A DNA stretch of 64,000 nucleotides from Octopus vulgaris (Eukaryota): the NCBI GenBank assembly GCA_951406725.2, contig OX597815.1, positions 11,904,001 through 11,968,000 on the forward strand, read 5' to 3'. The position numbers were made by a program, and so were the translations under genes. Under the pieces are notes generated by a model. It had not been told where the DNA came from. It did not search any database and saw nothing but the letters and a program-made list of their open reading frames with translations. This document shows, piece after piece, positions 12,780 through 24,997 of the stretch; positions within the stretch are counted from its first letter, which is position 1; each line of letters begins with the position of its first letter.

Positions 12780-13570
12780 GTTTTCTGTATGTCGATACTG
12801 ATAAAGTAAATTGAATATAATTATTGAACAAATAGTGTAAGTCCTGGCGGCAATGTTATTTTCAGATTGGGCGTTAATCCAATAGATTATAGCATTCACT
12901 AGACGATATCTGTTAAGGGAGCAATGATTTGGAGTACGATATGAGGAAGGGAGTATATTTTTGTTGTTCGATAGTTTTCTGAAAATAACTTTGTTGACAA
13001 AGTGAAGCTTGTAAAATGTTTTCACGAATAGTTTACTTTAATAGTTTTTCTATGTAAATGGTTGGCTTCCGTGATATATCGGATATTGTTATGAATTATG
13101 AGATTATTTTGAAAATGCTTTTGACAATTTCTGTGTGGATATTTACACTATGTACTGTAATTCCGTACACTATAATTGATGCTCGTTTAAAGTGGGAAAC
13201 ATCTGCATAGATGAAACCCTATATATTTGTCGTACAGCCACATTCAAGCATTGATAAGTTTCATCAGTCTTTTAAGTTAATGCTATATACACATCATTAA
13301 CTTTGCTAAGGTGAGGTATCAACTTTATATCAGTTAAGTTTGTATAAATGACTTCATGCCATCTTTATTAAACTTCCATATTACATTTGACTGTGATTTT
13401 CCTGTCGATACTTGAATTGTTATGGAAATCTCTTGTGATTTCAATTCTTTGTAATACAACGTTTCCATTTGTAAACTTTTGAATGCTGATTTGGGTTTTC
13501 GTAACGATTTCTCCAGCAGAATATTCCTTTCATCCGAATGAAAATTCTTCTTCATTAATTCTACCGTCAA
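12780..13570 (-). mobile_element. Decayed Penelope-like element (RT thumb, linker and start of GIY-YIG)
   Basis: Minus frames give KSQEISITIQ and RTPNHCSLNRYRLVNAIIYW, resembling the CPLxGxCLxxxIIY knuckle that precedes GIY-YIG in Neptune-type PLEs. Confidence 0.55.
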
Positions 13571-14026
13571 TTTTTGTTTAACACACACACACACACACAC
13601 ACATCATATATATATATATATATATGAATGATTGTTGTCAGTAAGTCTTTAAGGATACCAATCCTTACTCAGTTGCTCTTTCTCCTCAGTACATAATGAA
13701 TTATTATATGAAGGAGGAAAGGAAAGATTCATTAGGCCACATAAATATAAACACACCGGAAAACGAAAAAACCCTGCAACCAACATTATTAGACGAATAA
13801 TCATACAACGTTGCTTTGAGTTCTCAGAACTTATCGTGGAGGATTATATAACTTAGAATATAAATTTAAGTCATATGATGAGAGTTGACTAGGTGAAAAA
13901 TTAAAACTGATGAATATTATGAGTTTACGAAGAAATTTACGTTCAGAATTCTCCAGGAAGAAATATATTTCGATGCTCTTTGATCGAGATCGCCTGCAAA
14001 TACTCGTTTTGGTACACTCATTTATA

Positions 14027-14260
14027 CCTATTTCTTTACTACCCACAAGGGGCTAAACAGAGAGGGGACAAACAAGGACAGACAAACGGATTAAGTCGAA
14101 TACATCGACTCCAGTGCGTAACTGGTACTTATTTAATCGACCCCGAATGGACGAAAGGCAATGTCGGCCTCGGCGGAATTTGAACTCAGAACGTAACGGC
14201 AGACGAAATACGGCTACGCATTTCGCCCGGTGTGCTAACGTTTCTGCCAGCTCGCCGCCT
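14027..14260 (-). mobile_element. tRNA-derived SINE family B, full monomer with type-2 tail
   Basis: Minus strand reads GGCGGCGAGCTGGCAGAAACGTTAGC...GAGTTCAAATTCC (B box)...gtgggtagtaaagaaatagg. Confidence 0.9.
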
Positions 14261-15215
14261 TATTTTTGTACAATCCTTTATACCATTCCAACAGACTGTT
14301 CTATCTTTTCGCAATATAGAAATTTTAAGTTATGAAGTACTCTCACGTATTAATATCACAAAATATTAGGCAAACACTTCTCAAGCCCTATTTCAATTGT
14401 CTGTCTTAATTGGGTTTGTTTATACTCTAATACTTTTGGAAAAGAGTATCAATAATACCTCGTAATATATTTTTCATTGACCTCACACCTTGTTTCTACA
14501 GACGAAATCAACAAACATATTTAAATATCCACTTCATGATGTTACTATTTTATGTTCCATCAGTGTTTAAAATATATGCATCACTGCTTTCCTCGCCTCA
14601 CAGATTACAAATTGATGCTAATTATAACCGAAACTATTATCTCTTTACATTCAGCTATTTAACATTTCATCCACTTGTTTTTATTGTTTAACAACTCTGA
14701 ATTTTCTAACCATCAGATATTGGCATCATTCATTTCATAAGAGTAGTTCACTTCAGAGTGGCAACAAGCCAATATTTTCGTGGGATGGTGACATGAATTG
14801 ACCGCAGTAAGTTCGTTCTTATAGGCCACGCTACATTAAACATTCTTTTTCGTTTTTAGAAAACAAACTAATATTAAACAATATCGACTGAGGCCAAATT
14901 TGAACTCAAATTCTGTGACAAATGAACAAGAAGATATTACCGCTTTACTCTCATGAGTTGCTTATCTTTTTGATTCTTTTCTCAGAGGTGATAAGCATTT
15001 CCAGCCGTTCAGTTGATCGTCACTCAAAGTGTCTTACGTTGTATAGTTACTGATACCTATAGTTCTGTAACGTCCTGTTACTTTCTGTGTTCAAATCCAA
15101 CCAGTTTACCTTTGTCTTTCTTAAAATATTATTCAATATATTAAATGTCATTAAAATACCCAGGTTGAAGAAAATAACTCTAATTGGTCACCACAATATC
15201 AAGGAGAATATTATA

Positions 15216-15493
15216 TGGATATTTTCACTTTGACCGGATGATTTTAAAAATAATTTCTTTGTAACGAAACTTTTAAACTTCGTATACTGGTAGAATGTTG
15301 ACAAACTACAGCAGTAATTGTATTCACCTCAACAGAATGTCATTGATTGGTTGAATTTGCCGAAATGCAAGACATTTTACAAAAAATAGCTTACAAACTA
15401 CAGAATTATCTCAAGAAAGCCATGAGAAGTATAAAAGTGTTTAGTTACAAAGAAATTATTTTTAAAATCTGCCGGTCAGAGTAAAAAGATCCC
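15216..15493. mobile_element. MITE with about 65-bp terminal inverted repeats and TA flanks
   Basis: Left ggatattttcactttgaccggatgattttaaaaataatttctttgtaac matches the reverse complement of right gttacaaagaaattatttttaaaatctgccggtcagagtaaaaagatccc. Confidence 0.85.
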
Positions 15494-16495
15494 TATAAAT
15501 AGTTATCTATCCTGATGACTGGAGTGACAATATTGGTAGAAGGTCAGTATTGTCTATTGAAATATTCAGTTATTTTCACTTATATGTTTGTGTTTTATCC
15601 ATTTTGTTGCGATGTATTCACAGCTCTGCTCATTAAATATTAATGTATGTTGTTGATACAACAGTCACATGGGCATATCAATATCCATTTTAGAGGATAG
15701 AGAAACAGGAAGGAAATGGGACGAGCTTACATGCATAGGTCCCTCTGCATTTGCCTGTATAGATTCCGAATTTGTGTTGTGAAATATCGAAATTATCTGA
15801 GTAAATTTCTTCAGCCATATCTTATGTCAAATTGTGCACCTTATACATCCACACAGCGGTTTCGTTCTCGTGGGCTTGACGATTAATTATGGTTTACTTA
15901 TTAAATTCAATCAGCTTAAACTGTGCACGTATTACTTACTGGTATTTACCAAGTGATCAGATTTAAAATTAGCATTGCTTATGATGCTTTCTTTTCCTGT
16001 CAGCAAGGGGAGTTACGATTTTAAGGAAGACTTGGGTGTTTCAGACCCAGTCCACATTTATCAGACAGGTATTTTCTTCTAATTGCAATATGATACTTAA
16101 TTAATTTAACTTATGACGTTCTGAATAGGAATGAAATTAACTGGAATTATATTCAGCTTGGAATAAAACTTCATTTCCGACCCGCAATGCTTGGAGCTAA
16201 CTGTTTTGTAAACACGGAAAGTATTTATATCAGTATATATAAATCAAAATATAATGAAGCGTCATGTCAATGAACGTTGAAAACAGCATCAAATGCTTTT
16301 ATGTTTCTTAGTAATTAGGATATCACCGGACTTTCCAAACTCTATGTAAATCCAGCAAAGTTCCTTCTTCCCTGTTAGGACACACAAAAACACATACATG
16401 CATATACATACATACATATATTTTGTGTCGTCTATTTGAATGTTTTGCATTCTTGTCCCATTTTGTATTTTTATATATATTTTTTCTTCATATGT

Positions 16496-16562
<67 letters not shown>

Positions 16563-17153
16563 AGCTAGAGCACCAATCTAAAATCCAGTTAGAAGATTCC
16601 ATTTTGTTTTCTTTTGCTGACTGGATACGACACAATAATTGGCTTTACCGTTTATTATTTTCACTATTCCTAAGATATAATTTTCCACAATATTTTTTTA
16701 GTGTATACTTGAGTGAATAAAAAGAGCTGATGATACGTAATACAGATATTTCTATCGATTACCAAAGTCATATTGATTTAATATAGAAAACCCACCATAC
16801 AAAACTACACTATTTTGCTACTGTCCTTTGAAACACAAAGTCTTGTGCTTATGAAACAAACCATTATTGTTTCTACGTAATCAATGGTTTCATAACGACA
16901 ATTAAAAATAGGTATCAAGTAGACGCCTGGTATATTATATAAAACGTTATTCCACTTACGCAATCAGATATGGATAAACCGTGATTTCAATTTATTTTAT
17001 CACAGCATGATGCTAGACTCAGTTTGATACTATATGGTTGATATATAAAACGATGAAGCTGAATGAAACATCCATCTTAGTCATAAATGTATTTCAGTTA
17101 TGTTTGCTTTAAAGCTATAAATATCCTAGGGATACTTTAAAATAATTATTACA

Positions 17154-17750
17154 TCAATATATATAAAACAAAGGATGTCTCTATATGTGTGTGTATGTGT
17201 GTGGTACGTATCCATTCCTAGTTTTCAACCGACTTTACAAAACGTACACACACATTACTTTACCAAACTTATACACACACTACTTATGTGCCAATGATGG
17301 TCATGCACGTTAGCACGTTGAGCGAAATGCTTAGCAGCATTTTGTCTGCCGTTACGTTCCGAGTTCAAATTCCGCTGAGTTCGACTTTGCCTTTAATGCT
17401 TTCGGAGTCGATTAAATAAGTACTAGTTACGCATTGGAGTCGATACAATCGACTTAATCCGTTTGTCTGTCCTTGTTTGTTCTCCCTGTGTTTAGGCTCT
17501 TGTGGGTGGTAAAGAAATACCTATTTCATCTATCTTTGCGCTCTGAGATCAAATTCCGCCGAGGTCAATGTTGCCTTTCATCATTTCGGGGTCGACAGAT
17601 TAAGTACCAGTTGTGTACTGGGATGATCTTATCGACTAGTCCCTCCCCCAAAATATCAGGCATTGTGCCTATAGTAGAACAGGATGATCATGCACTATAA
17701 CATATTGCCCAGAGCTCCTGCATAAAGCGAGAAACCGGGCAAACCAGTAT
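17154..17750 (+). mobile_element. Decayed non-autonomous Helitron interrupted by a SINE B dimer
   Basis: The 5' part (tcaatatatataaaac...ttttcaaccga...cacacacat) resembles the 5' end of the 58331-58712 Helitron. A GC-rich ccgggc...cagt end lies at about 17735-17750. Confidence 0.55.
17309..17682 (+). mobile_element. SINE family B dimer (type-2 unit plus headless type-1 unit) with a 13-bp target-site duplication
   Basis: Two colinear B-box/core units joined at about 17520. Flanks are gatggtcatgcac (17296-17308) and gatgatcatgcac (17683-17695). Confidence 0.85.
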
Positions 17751-17902
17751 TTTACACGGGCTTTTTCACCCGATTTTAAGCCTTTCGTCCTCTGCTCATT
17801 TCTCTCTTCTCGCTTTTTCCCATTCTCTGTTTTTCTTGCCTACACATAATCTCTCTCACCCTCTGTAATGGTTCCTCCCTTTAAGTTTCTCTGTTTCTTT
17901 CA

Positions 17903-17940
<38 letters not shown>

Positions 17941-18384
17941 CTCTTTAACTCACTCACACTCTAACGTCTGTCCACAAATTGCCTTCCGCGTATTTCAATT
18001 ACTCGAAGGTAAAAATTTCTGTTCTTACGGTTTTTGTACGCTCTCCCTGAAAAATAAATTAGTTATTTTTAATTTTTGTTCACCCATTGTTTTGAAATTC
18101 AATTTTGCCACATCTTCAGCATATTTCACTTTTGACGTGCGAAAATATTTTTGACTTCACAGTATTCATATATGTGTATATAGATGTATATGTATATATG
18201 TATATGTATAAGTTCATACCTAGAGATGTATATATATGTATGTATATTCTATAAATATATGTATACATATATGTATAGATATTTATGTATGTATGTATAT
18301 ATATATGTATGCATGTAAGTATGTATGTATGTAAGTATGAATATATGTATGTATATATGTATCTAAATATGTATGTATGCAACA

Positions 18385-18622
18385 CCTGTAGTTATTCGGT
18401 GTTCTTTCCGATATTGTTGTTGGTGAAGTAGCGAGCTGGGCGGAGTTGCTCTTCTTCGTGTCTCCTGACGCGATGTGGTTTCATCTGGTATCTCAGAGAG
18501 AAACCTGTCCTGGCGATCCTTGAAAACATTTATATCAACATGATTTAGATCTCTAAGGGTGCCTGGAAGGATGCTGAACAATTGCGGGTCTTTAAAGTCC
18601 AGACTATTGCCTTACTGTGTCC
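18385..18622 (-). mobile_element. CR1-like LINE 3' fragment, same family as 22622-23560
   Basis: LFSILPGTLRDLNHVDINVFKDRQDRFLSEIPDE aligns with ORF 22525-22824. Followed by a (TACA)-rich tail. Confidence 0.88.
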
Positions 18623-19077
18623 TTTTCTATCTTAATTACATATTTTAAATTTTTGCACTCCGTCTATTTAAATACGCTATTTACGTTTCTCCTTCGACCG
18701 AAAAGCGTTGTGCGTACGCTCGTACATGCGTACGTGCGACCGCTATGGGCAACAAACAGCCGATAAGCCTTTAATATTAACCAATGAGATTTCAGCCATG
18801 CCACTGAGCGACCATGCGTCAAAAAAAAACTATCCTAAAGTAGCTCAAGTTTTTCTCTCAAGCTATATTTTCCTTGAGATTTATACGCTTATATATATTT
18901 TCGAACCTGCATACGTCGTTTAACGACGCGAAAGTCCATCTTCCTATGTACATATATGTATATATATATATATATAAAGACTTGTTTTATTTATATTTCC
19001 TGAGCGCCATACTAATACAATTGTTTGTTTGTTTCCCACCTGCCTTCGTCTTTTGTCTATTTTCATAAAGCTTCCCG

Positions 19078-19143
<66 letters not shown>

Positions 19144-19144
19144 G

Positions 19145-19342
19145 TAACCGCGTGTGAATCGTTGATGATTTCCTCCCTCTTCCCTTCCTTGGATCTTTCC
19201 TTTTCCTATGTTTGTGACGAAGAGCTCCGCTCGAAACGTTACATCCTCCTTCTTTCTTTCCTTTCCCGAGTGTCCAGTATCACAATACTTGTTCCAAGTC
19301 ATCGCGTTGCTGTGTTTTCTCTTTGTGTTTTCATGTTTGGAT

Positions 19343-19350
<8 letters not shown>
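19145..19350 (+). mobile_element. Short hammerhead-bearing element (family H1) between (TA)n tracts, with C3 mutated
   Basis: tttGTGACGA-a-GAGC-tcc-GCTC-GAAA-C-GTT at 19211-19240. Colinear with 57441-57587. Confidence 0.8.
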
Positions 19351-19389
<39 letters not shown>

Positions 19390-19544
19390 ATATATATATA
19401 TGTACATAAGAAGATGGAACGTATGCACGTTCAAAAATGTCTTACCGAGCAAACATACAAATGATTTGTTTATAGTAAACAAATGTTTGTGTAGATATAA
19501 GTTTACTTCCTCCATCAGATCGACATTACCTGTACAGGTGCAAC

Positions 19545-19697
19545 GGGTGCCTCATATCAGATGTCCAAATCATCACAGAGCAATGTGAAATGGAGTTCTT
19601 TGCTCAAGAAGTCAACGACAGGCCCGATCTGGGAAGCGAACACGTGATCTCTTAATCGTGGGTGCAACACCTTAATCGCTAAGCCATGCGCCTTCAC
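19545..19697 (-). mobile_element. Diverged CORE-SINE head (family C/D)
   Basis: Minus strand gtgaaggcgcatggcttagcg...cttgagcaaag...tttcacattgct matches the head of 60264-60595. Confidence 0.7.
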
Positions 19698-19779
19698 ATA
19701 TATTTATATATGTGTCCATATGTGTGTGTGTGTGTTGCGTAGTTATTTGTGTGTGTGTATTTGATTGTAGACCTGATAT

Positions 19780-19953
19780 AGTACCGCCTTTAGTTGAAAA
19801 AATCATTCCCAGGAGTTAATCTTTATTAATCTAGTACTTATTCTATAAGTCACATTTTCTTAATTGCCAAGTTACGGGGGACATAAATACACCAAGATCG
19901 GCTGTCAAGCGATGGTTGCGGAAGAAACACATACATACACACACACAAACACA

Positions 19954-20026
<73 letters not shown>

Positions 20027-20524
20027 CTATATATATATAAAACTTATATATATTTAAGTGTTCACTTTCGTACTCTCTCATTCTGTGAGAGCCTCAGTTC
20101 AAATCGCACGTGTCGTGAATGGGCTGGAATATTTCTATTTTGGATTTATTTGGGGTACTTAGTTGTGCTTATGACTTACTGTTTTGCTTCTTCCATGGGT
20201 ATGAGTAAGTATCTCATTTATTTATTTTGCCACATTTATCACTGACGAAGGGAGGGTTCTTACGAACTCACCCCGAAATCGGTCCGATATGGTAATAAAG
20301 GAATTTTTTAGAGATTTCTGTCGGCTTTTTTTCGGGTAGCGTGCGTATTGGGAAAAATTATATGGTAATGGACAATATGTCCAATTTTTCGGCATATTTG
20401 TCATTAGAAATATTTTCGTTTGCCCTTATTTATAAGTTGTTTATAATTTTAACCTTTAAAGGTATTTTTTAATATGTTGGGCATTGATAAAAAACCTTTT
20501 CGAAAAAATTTTATCCCATATTAA

Positions 20525-20605
<81 letters not shown>

Positions 20606-20772
20606 CGCCGGGCTTCTCAGCCTCCGTCAACTAAAACCAGAACAGTCTGGCCAGTTTGAGGCCACAGATGGAGACACCCGTCCAAGGTGCCACGCAGTGG
20701 GACGGTAACCGGTGGTTCAACCTTGTGGTTGGGAAGCAAAACTCCTACCACGCAAACATTCCTGCTCTTATA
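19780..20772 (-). mobile_element. Diverged SINE family A split in its internal microsatellite by an insertion of about 480 bp
   Basis: The 3' half is at about 19780-19935 and the 5' half at about 20600-20772 (tccaaggtgccacgcagtgggac...tgtggttgggaagc). Unrelated sequence at 20040-20522 lies between (TA)n runs. Confidence 0.75.
20237..20289 (+). ncRNA. Minimal type-I hammerhead ribozyme motif (family H2)
   Basis: tatca-CTGACGA-AGGGAGGGTTC-ttac-GAACTCACCCC-GAAA-tcg-GTC-cgata. The core is intact, stem II pairs at 9 of 11 positions, the triplet is GUC, and stem I is tatc/gata with one mismatch next to the core. Confidence 0.75.
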
Positions 20773-20845
20773 TTATATATATAATGTGTTGTTGAAAATG
20801 CATCTAAATTTCAAAAACACATAAATGTTTAAAATACATTTATTT

Positions 20846-21320
20846 ACACATATACAAAAGTAAACTACCTTCAGCAATATTTTTTTGTTTATCAATGGTA
20901 AAAATTTAAAATTAGAAAAAAACATCTTTAAAAGTACCAATGTTGACAACTTAAAATGTTTCAATATTGATAAATTCAGATGTTGAAACAGAAGGTGTAA
21001 GTTTGAATGTTTATTGCAGTCAATAAAATTAAAACTATATTAATCAGTTTGAATGTACAAAGTTCTTTGGTTGTCGATAAGTCACACTGAAAAATAAAGT
21101 GTGAAATGAAAATAGTAAAAAAGGGGAAATTGGCTTGCAGTACTTTTGATACTCTCCTAATAAACGCTTTCGCTTGTACTGGTATGTTTTGGATCAGACG
21201 AATTTAACATTGAAAAATTCTATTTGTCAACATTGAAACTTTGTAAGTTGTTTTTCTCATTTTAAACCTTTACACATTGATAAACAAAATATTGTTGAAA
21301 CTAGTTTGGTATATATGTAC
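20846..21320. mobile_element. AT-rich foldback/MITE with about 130-bp diverged inverted arms
   Basis: Left caatattttt..tgtttatcaatg...aatgttgacaa...aaattc mirrors right gaattt...ttgtcaacattg...cattgataaacaaaatattg. Confidence 0.75.
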
Positions 21321-21801
21321 ACACGTACAAACACACATATATATATATCGTTGCATATATTTGCCAACTAAGTGAGGTATCCATCACTGTTGTTAATAAC
21401 CCCAGGAAGACATATCTACAGTTGGTTAAAGACATACGGTCTGTGTCCGATTAGTATTTGCGACGGGAGATCATCGGTCCCATCTTTAGCCTTACGTGAT
21501 ACACGGACTCGAGATTCTGGATTGTTACACGTACTTAGCTAGTGATGAAAGCTCTTTCCATTCACAAATTACTATATATTTTACTAGTGATTCACTGTCG
21601 GAGATCTCTTGAAAGAGTGGGAAATGTTATATTAAATCTCTGAGCCAATTATAAGAAGTAGCAGTACGGAATCGTAACATGAATATGCCAACTAAGTGTG
21701 AAGTCCTATACAGGACAGTGATACTGTTTTTTATAGCCCCAGAAAGACATTTCCTCCAGCTGTATAACAACACACTCTGCGCTTAGTATTTGCGACGAAA
21801 G

Positions 21802-21859
<58 letters not shown>

Positions 21860-21873
21860 CATACATACATACA

Positions 21874-21920
<47 letters not shown>

Positions 21921-21936
21921 GGTGTGCATATATGTA

Positions 21937-22035
21937 TCTATATATACAAAACTGAGAATGTGTGTCTGTCTGCCATTATGTGTACATCACTAAAACTCGA
22001 GAACTACCCGAGTAATTTCATTCAAATTTTACATA
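21937..22035 (+). mobile_element. Helitron-like 5' end fragment
   Basis: a|TCTATATATAcaaa...tgtctgtctg...ttcaaattttacatac has the same layout as the 5' end of 58331-58712. Confidence 0.45.
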
Positions 22036-22252
22036 CATACATACATACGTATATACATATATATATATATATATATATTATGTATATATATGTATAAATG
22101 CATATGTATACATGTATATGTATAGATGTATATATATATGGAGAGAGATTTATATGTATGTATGTGTATATATGTATATATATATATGTGTGTATATAAT
22201 GTTTATATATATATGTATGTATATTTTATAAATATATGTATATATATTTATG

Positions 22253-22321
<69 letters not shown>

Positions 22322-22621
22322 TAATAAAATATTAGGGAATAAATCCAAACTTACAGGGAAAAATCAGATTTAGGATTAAATCCAATTTTATAGTATAAAT
22401 ATATTATATTATATTATATTAAATTAGAGATAAAACCCCTATTAGGCAAATCAAACAATGAAAAACATAAGCCAATACATAAAATTAATTTAATTTATAT
22501 TATTTTAAATATATATCAAAGGTATTAAAAGTTTAATATAAATATAAATATATATATATATATGTGTGTGTATGTGTGCATGTATGTGTGCATGTATGTA
22601 TGTATGTTTATGTGTGTGTAT

Positions 22622-23560
22622 GCACTACCTATAGTCATTCGGTGTTGTTTCCGATATTGTTTTGGATGAAGTAGCGAGCTGGACGGAGTTGTTCTTCTTT
22701 TTGTCTCCTGCCGCCATGTCGGTTCATCTGGTATCTCAGAGTGTAACCTGTCCTGGTGTTCGTTGAAAACATCTATATCAACACGTTGTAGATCTCTAAG
22801 GTTGCCTGGAAGGATGTTGAACAATTGCTGGCCCTTAAAATCTAGACTATTGCATTACTGTGTCCTTATTTTAGATGGGGAATATGGGATCTTTGGTATG
22901 ATGAAGTGCCGTTCAGTTTCAGGAGTGGCGGTAGCTATCAATTCCAAAATTGGGATCTAAACCTTCCAAATATATATCACCGCATATCTCTCTCATTTTC
23001 TCTCCAGAGAATAGAGACACTGCTTCTTTAACATCTTCCAGTAGCCCATCTTTTCCATCGAATCAATCTTCTTTTTTGTATTGGTGCTGTATTGCTTCGA
23101 GTTCCACAGTTTGCTTTACACACTCTGGGGAACATAGCTTGGAGCAGAGTCCAAGCAACTGAGAACGAAAACCTTCAATAGGGGTAGCCGGGTTTCGCTC
23201 GTCCTGGTTCTGAATGTCCTCGGAACCCATGCAGCCACCCGCCTGCACTGTGTTGCCATCTCGGTAATATGCACAAGGAATGTCACATCATTGTTCATGT
23301 AAAACCCTGAGTCACGGACCGACTCTGATTCTGGGATCATATTAATTTCTGTTCCAGTGTATTCTGATTTTAGCCTGGTGTTGGACCGCTACTGAGGTGC
23401 CTGAAATTTCATAGCATCGAATTGCATGTTATTTTTTTAACCCATTTGTAGGTTTCGTTCAGGTCTTTCTGCAGTTTCATGGTCTCCTCTGGGTTCCTAA
23501 GTGACTGCGATCTAACTGGGTAGATTAGCTGACTGTACCGCGGTGGTCATGTCTGTCTGT
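22622..23560 (-). mobile_element. Decayed CR1-like LINE, RT C-terminal half and 3' end
   Basis: NNMQFDAMKFQ, SVRDSG, WVPRTFRTR, ELEAIQ, LYSLERK, IYIWKVL, LFNILP...IPDEP, with frameshifts and a (TACA) tail. Confidence 0.9.
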
Positions 23561-23726
23561 CGCTTTTTCTATTACATTTTCCCGTTATATATATATAGAC
23601 ATATATATATATATATTTATATATATATATAAATATATGTGTGTGTGTATACATGTATATATGTATGTCCATATGTATATACATGTATATATGTACATAT
23701 GTATATACATGTTTATATGTATATCT

Positions 23727-23774
<48 letters not shown>

Positions 23775-23864
23775 GTTTATATATATGTATGCTCATAGAT
23801 ATATTTATACATATATATGTATATACATATTTATACATAAATATATGTGTACATATATATGTGT

Positions 23865-23985
23865 GTGTCTGTGTTTGTACCACTAAAATCGCATGAGAAC
23901 CGATGTTGATTTGTTTACGTCCCCGTAAGTTTGTGGTTCGGCGAAAGTGACCGATAGAATAAGAACCAGCTTACTGAGAATAACC
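23865..23985 (+). mobile_element. SINE family A, 3'-half fragment
   Basis: aaccgatgttg...tttacgtccccgta...ggttcggcgaaagtgaccgatagaataag. Confidence 0.75.
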
Positions 23986-24855
23986 CTTCAGTTAGAATAA
24001 AAAATGTTCACTCTAAATTGGTTTTATCCATATTTCCTCTAATTCTCTGGTCAGTAACCACTGCTTTCACCTCCTCCCTTCTCCTCCTTCTCCTTACTAA
24101 CTATCTATCTGCTTGTGTGTATGTCTGAGCGCGTGCGTATTTTGTTTGTAGTCCGACTTTCTGATAGATTGAAATATGGGTCGAATAATTTCGCTTCGAT
24201 ATTAGTTAATAATTCATTTGAAATATATAATTCTCTAGAGACCGACGCAAAGATTAAAACATAAATAACTACAATAAGGCAGCCATCTTTCCAAAGAACT
24301 CTAATCAGATAATTGTGCATTCTTGAGTAGCGAAGAAACTGGTTAGTTTCTTATGACTGAATCCACAGAGGCCCTCTTAGAGCATAATTTTACAACATGA
24401 AATGTATATTTAATGTTAAATTATACATTGTAAACTCTAAAGGTAATGCGCTATATACATAATACTCATTACTAGTCTTATTAGACTGTCCTAAATTAAT
24501 TGATTACCACACTTCCTGTGTACCTACATTAGTAATTCTGCACTATCCTTAGCAGAGAAGTAGGAATACTACTTCACTATTTCCTTCTGCAATTTCGCCA
24601 TCAACTCAGCAGTTTTTAAAAATTTGATATACTATTAGTCAGTTTCGTTGCAATTTATATGTAACTTTATTTCTAATACTAGGACGATATCATTCACAAA
24701 GCGGGAAATGGTTCTTAAATAATTTCCTTTTGCGGGATATATAAGAAAATTTGACATAGGTATAATAAATATAACGTTATGCGTTTATTTAAGAAGAATG
24801 CTTAGTACCGAAAACAAATTTAGTATCTCTGAAAATTATAACATCGAAGTATAAT

Positions 24856-24966
24856 CTTCTTCTTCTTCTTCTTCTTCTTCTTCTTCTTCTTCTTCTTCTT
24901 CTTCTTCTTCTTCTTCTTCTTCTTCTTCTTCTCCTTCTTCTTCTTCTTCTTCTTCTTCTTCTTCTT

Positions 24967-24996
<30 letters not shown>
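24856..24996. repeat. (TTC)n microsatellite
   Basis: Directly visible, one interruption. Confidence 0.97.
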
Positions 24997-24997
<1 letters not shown>

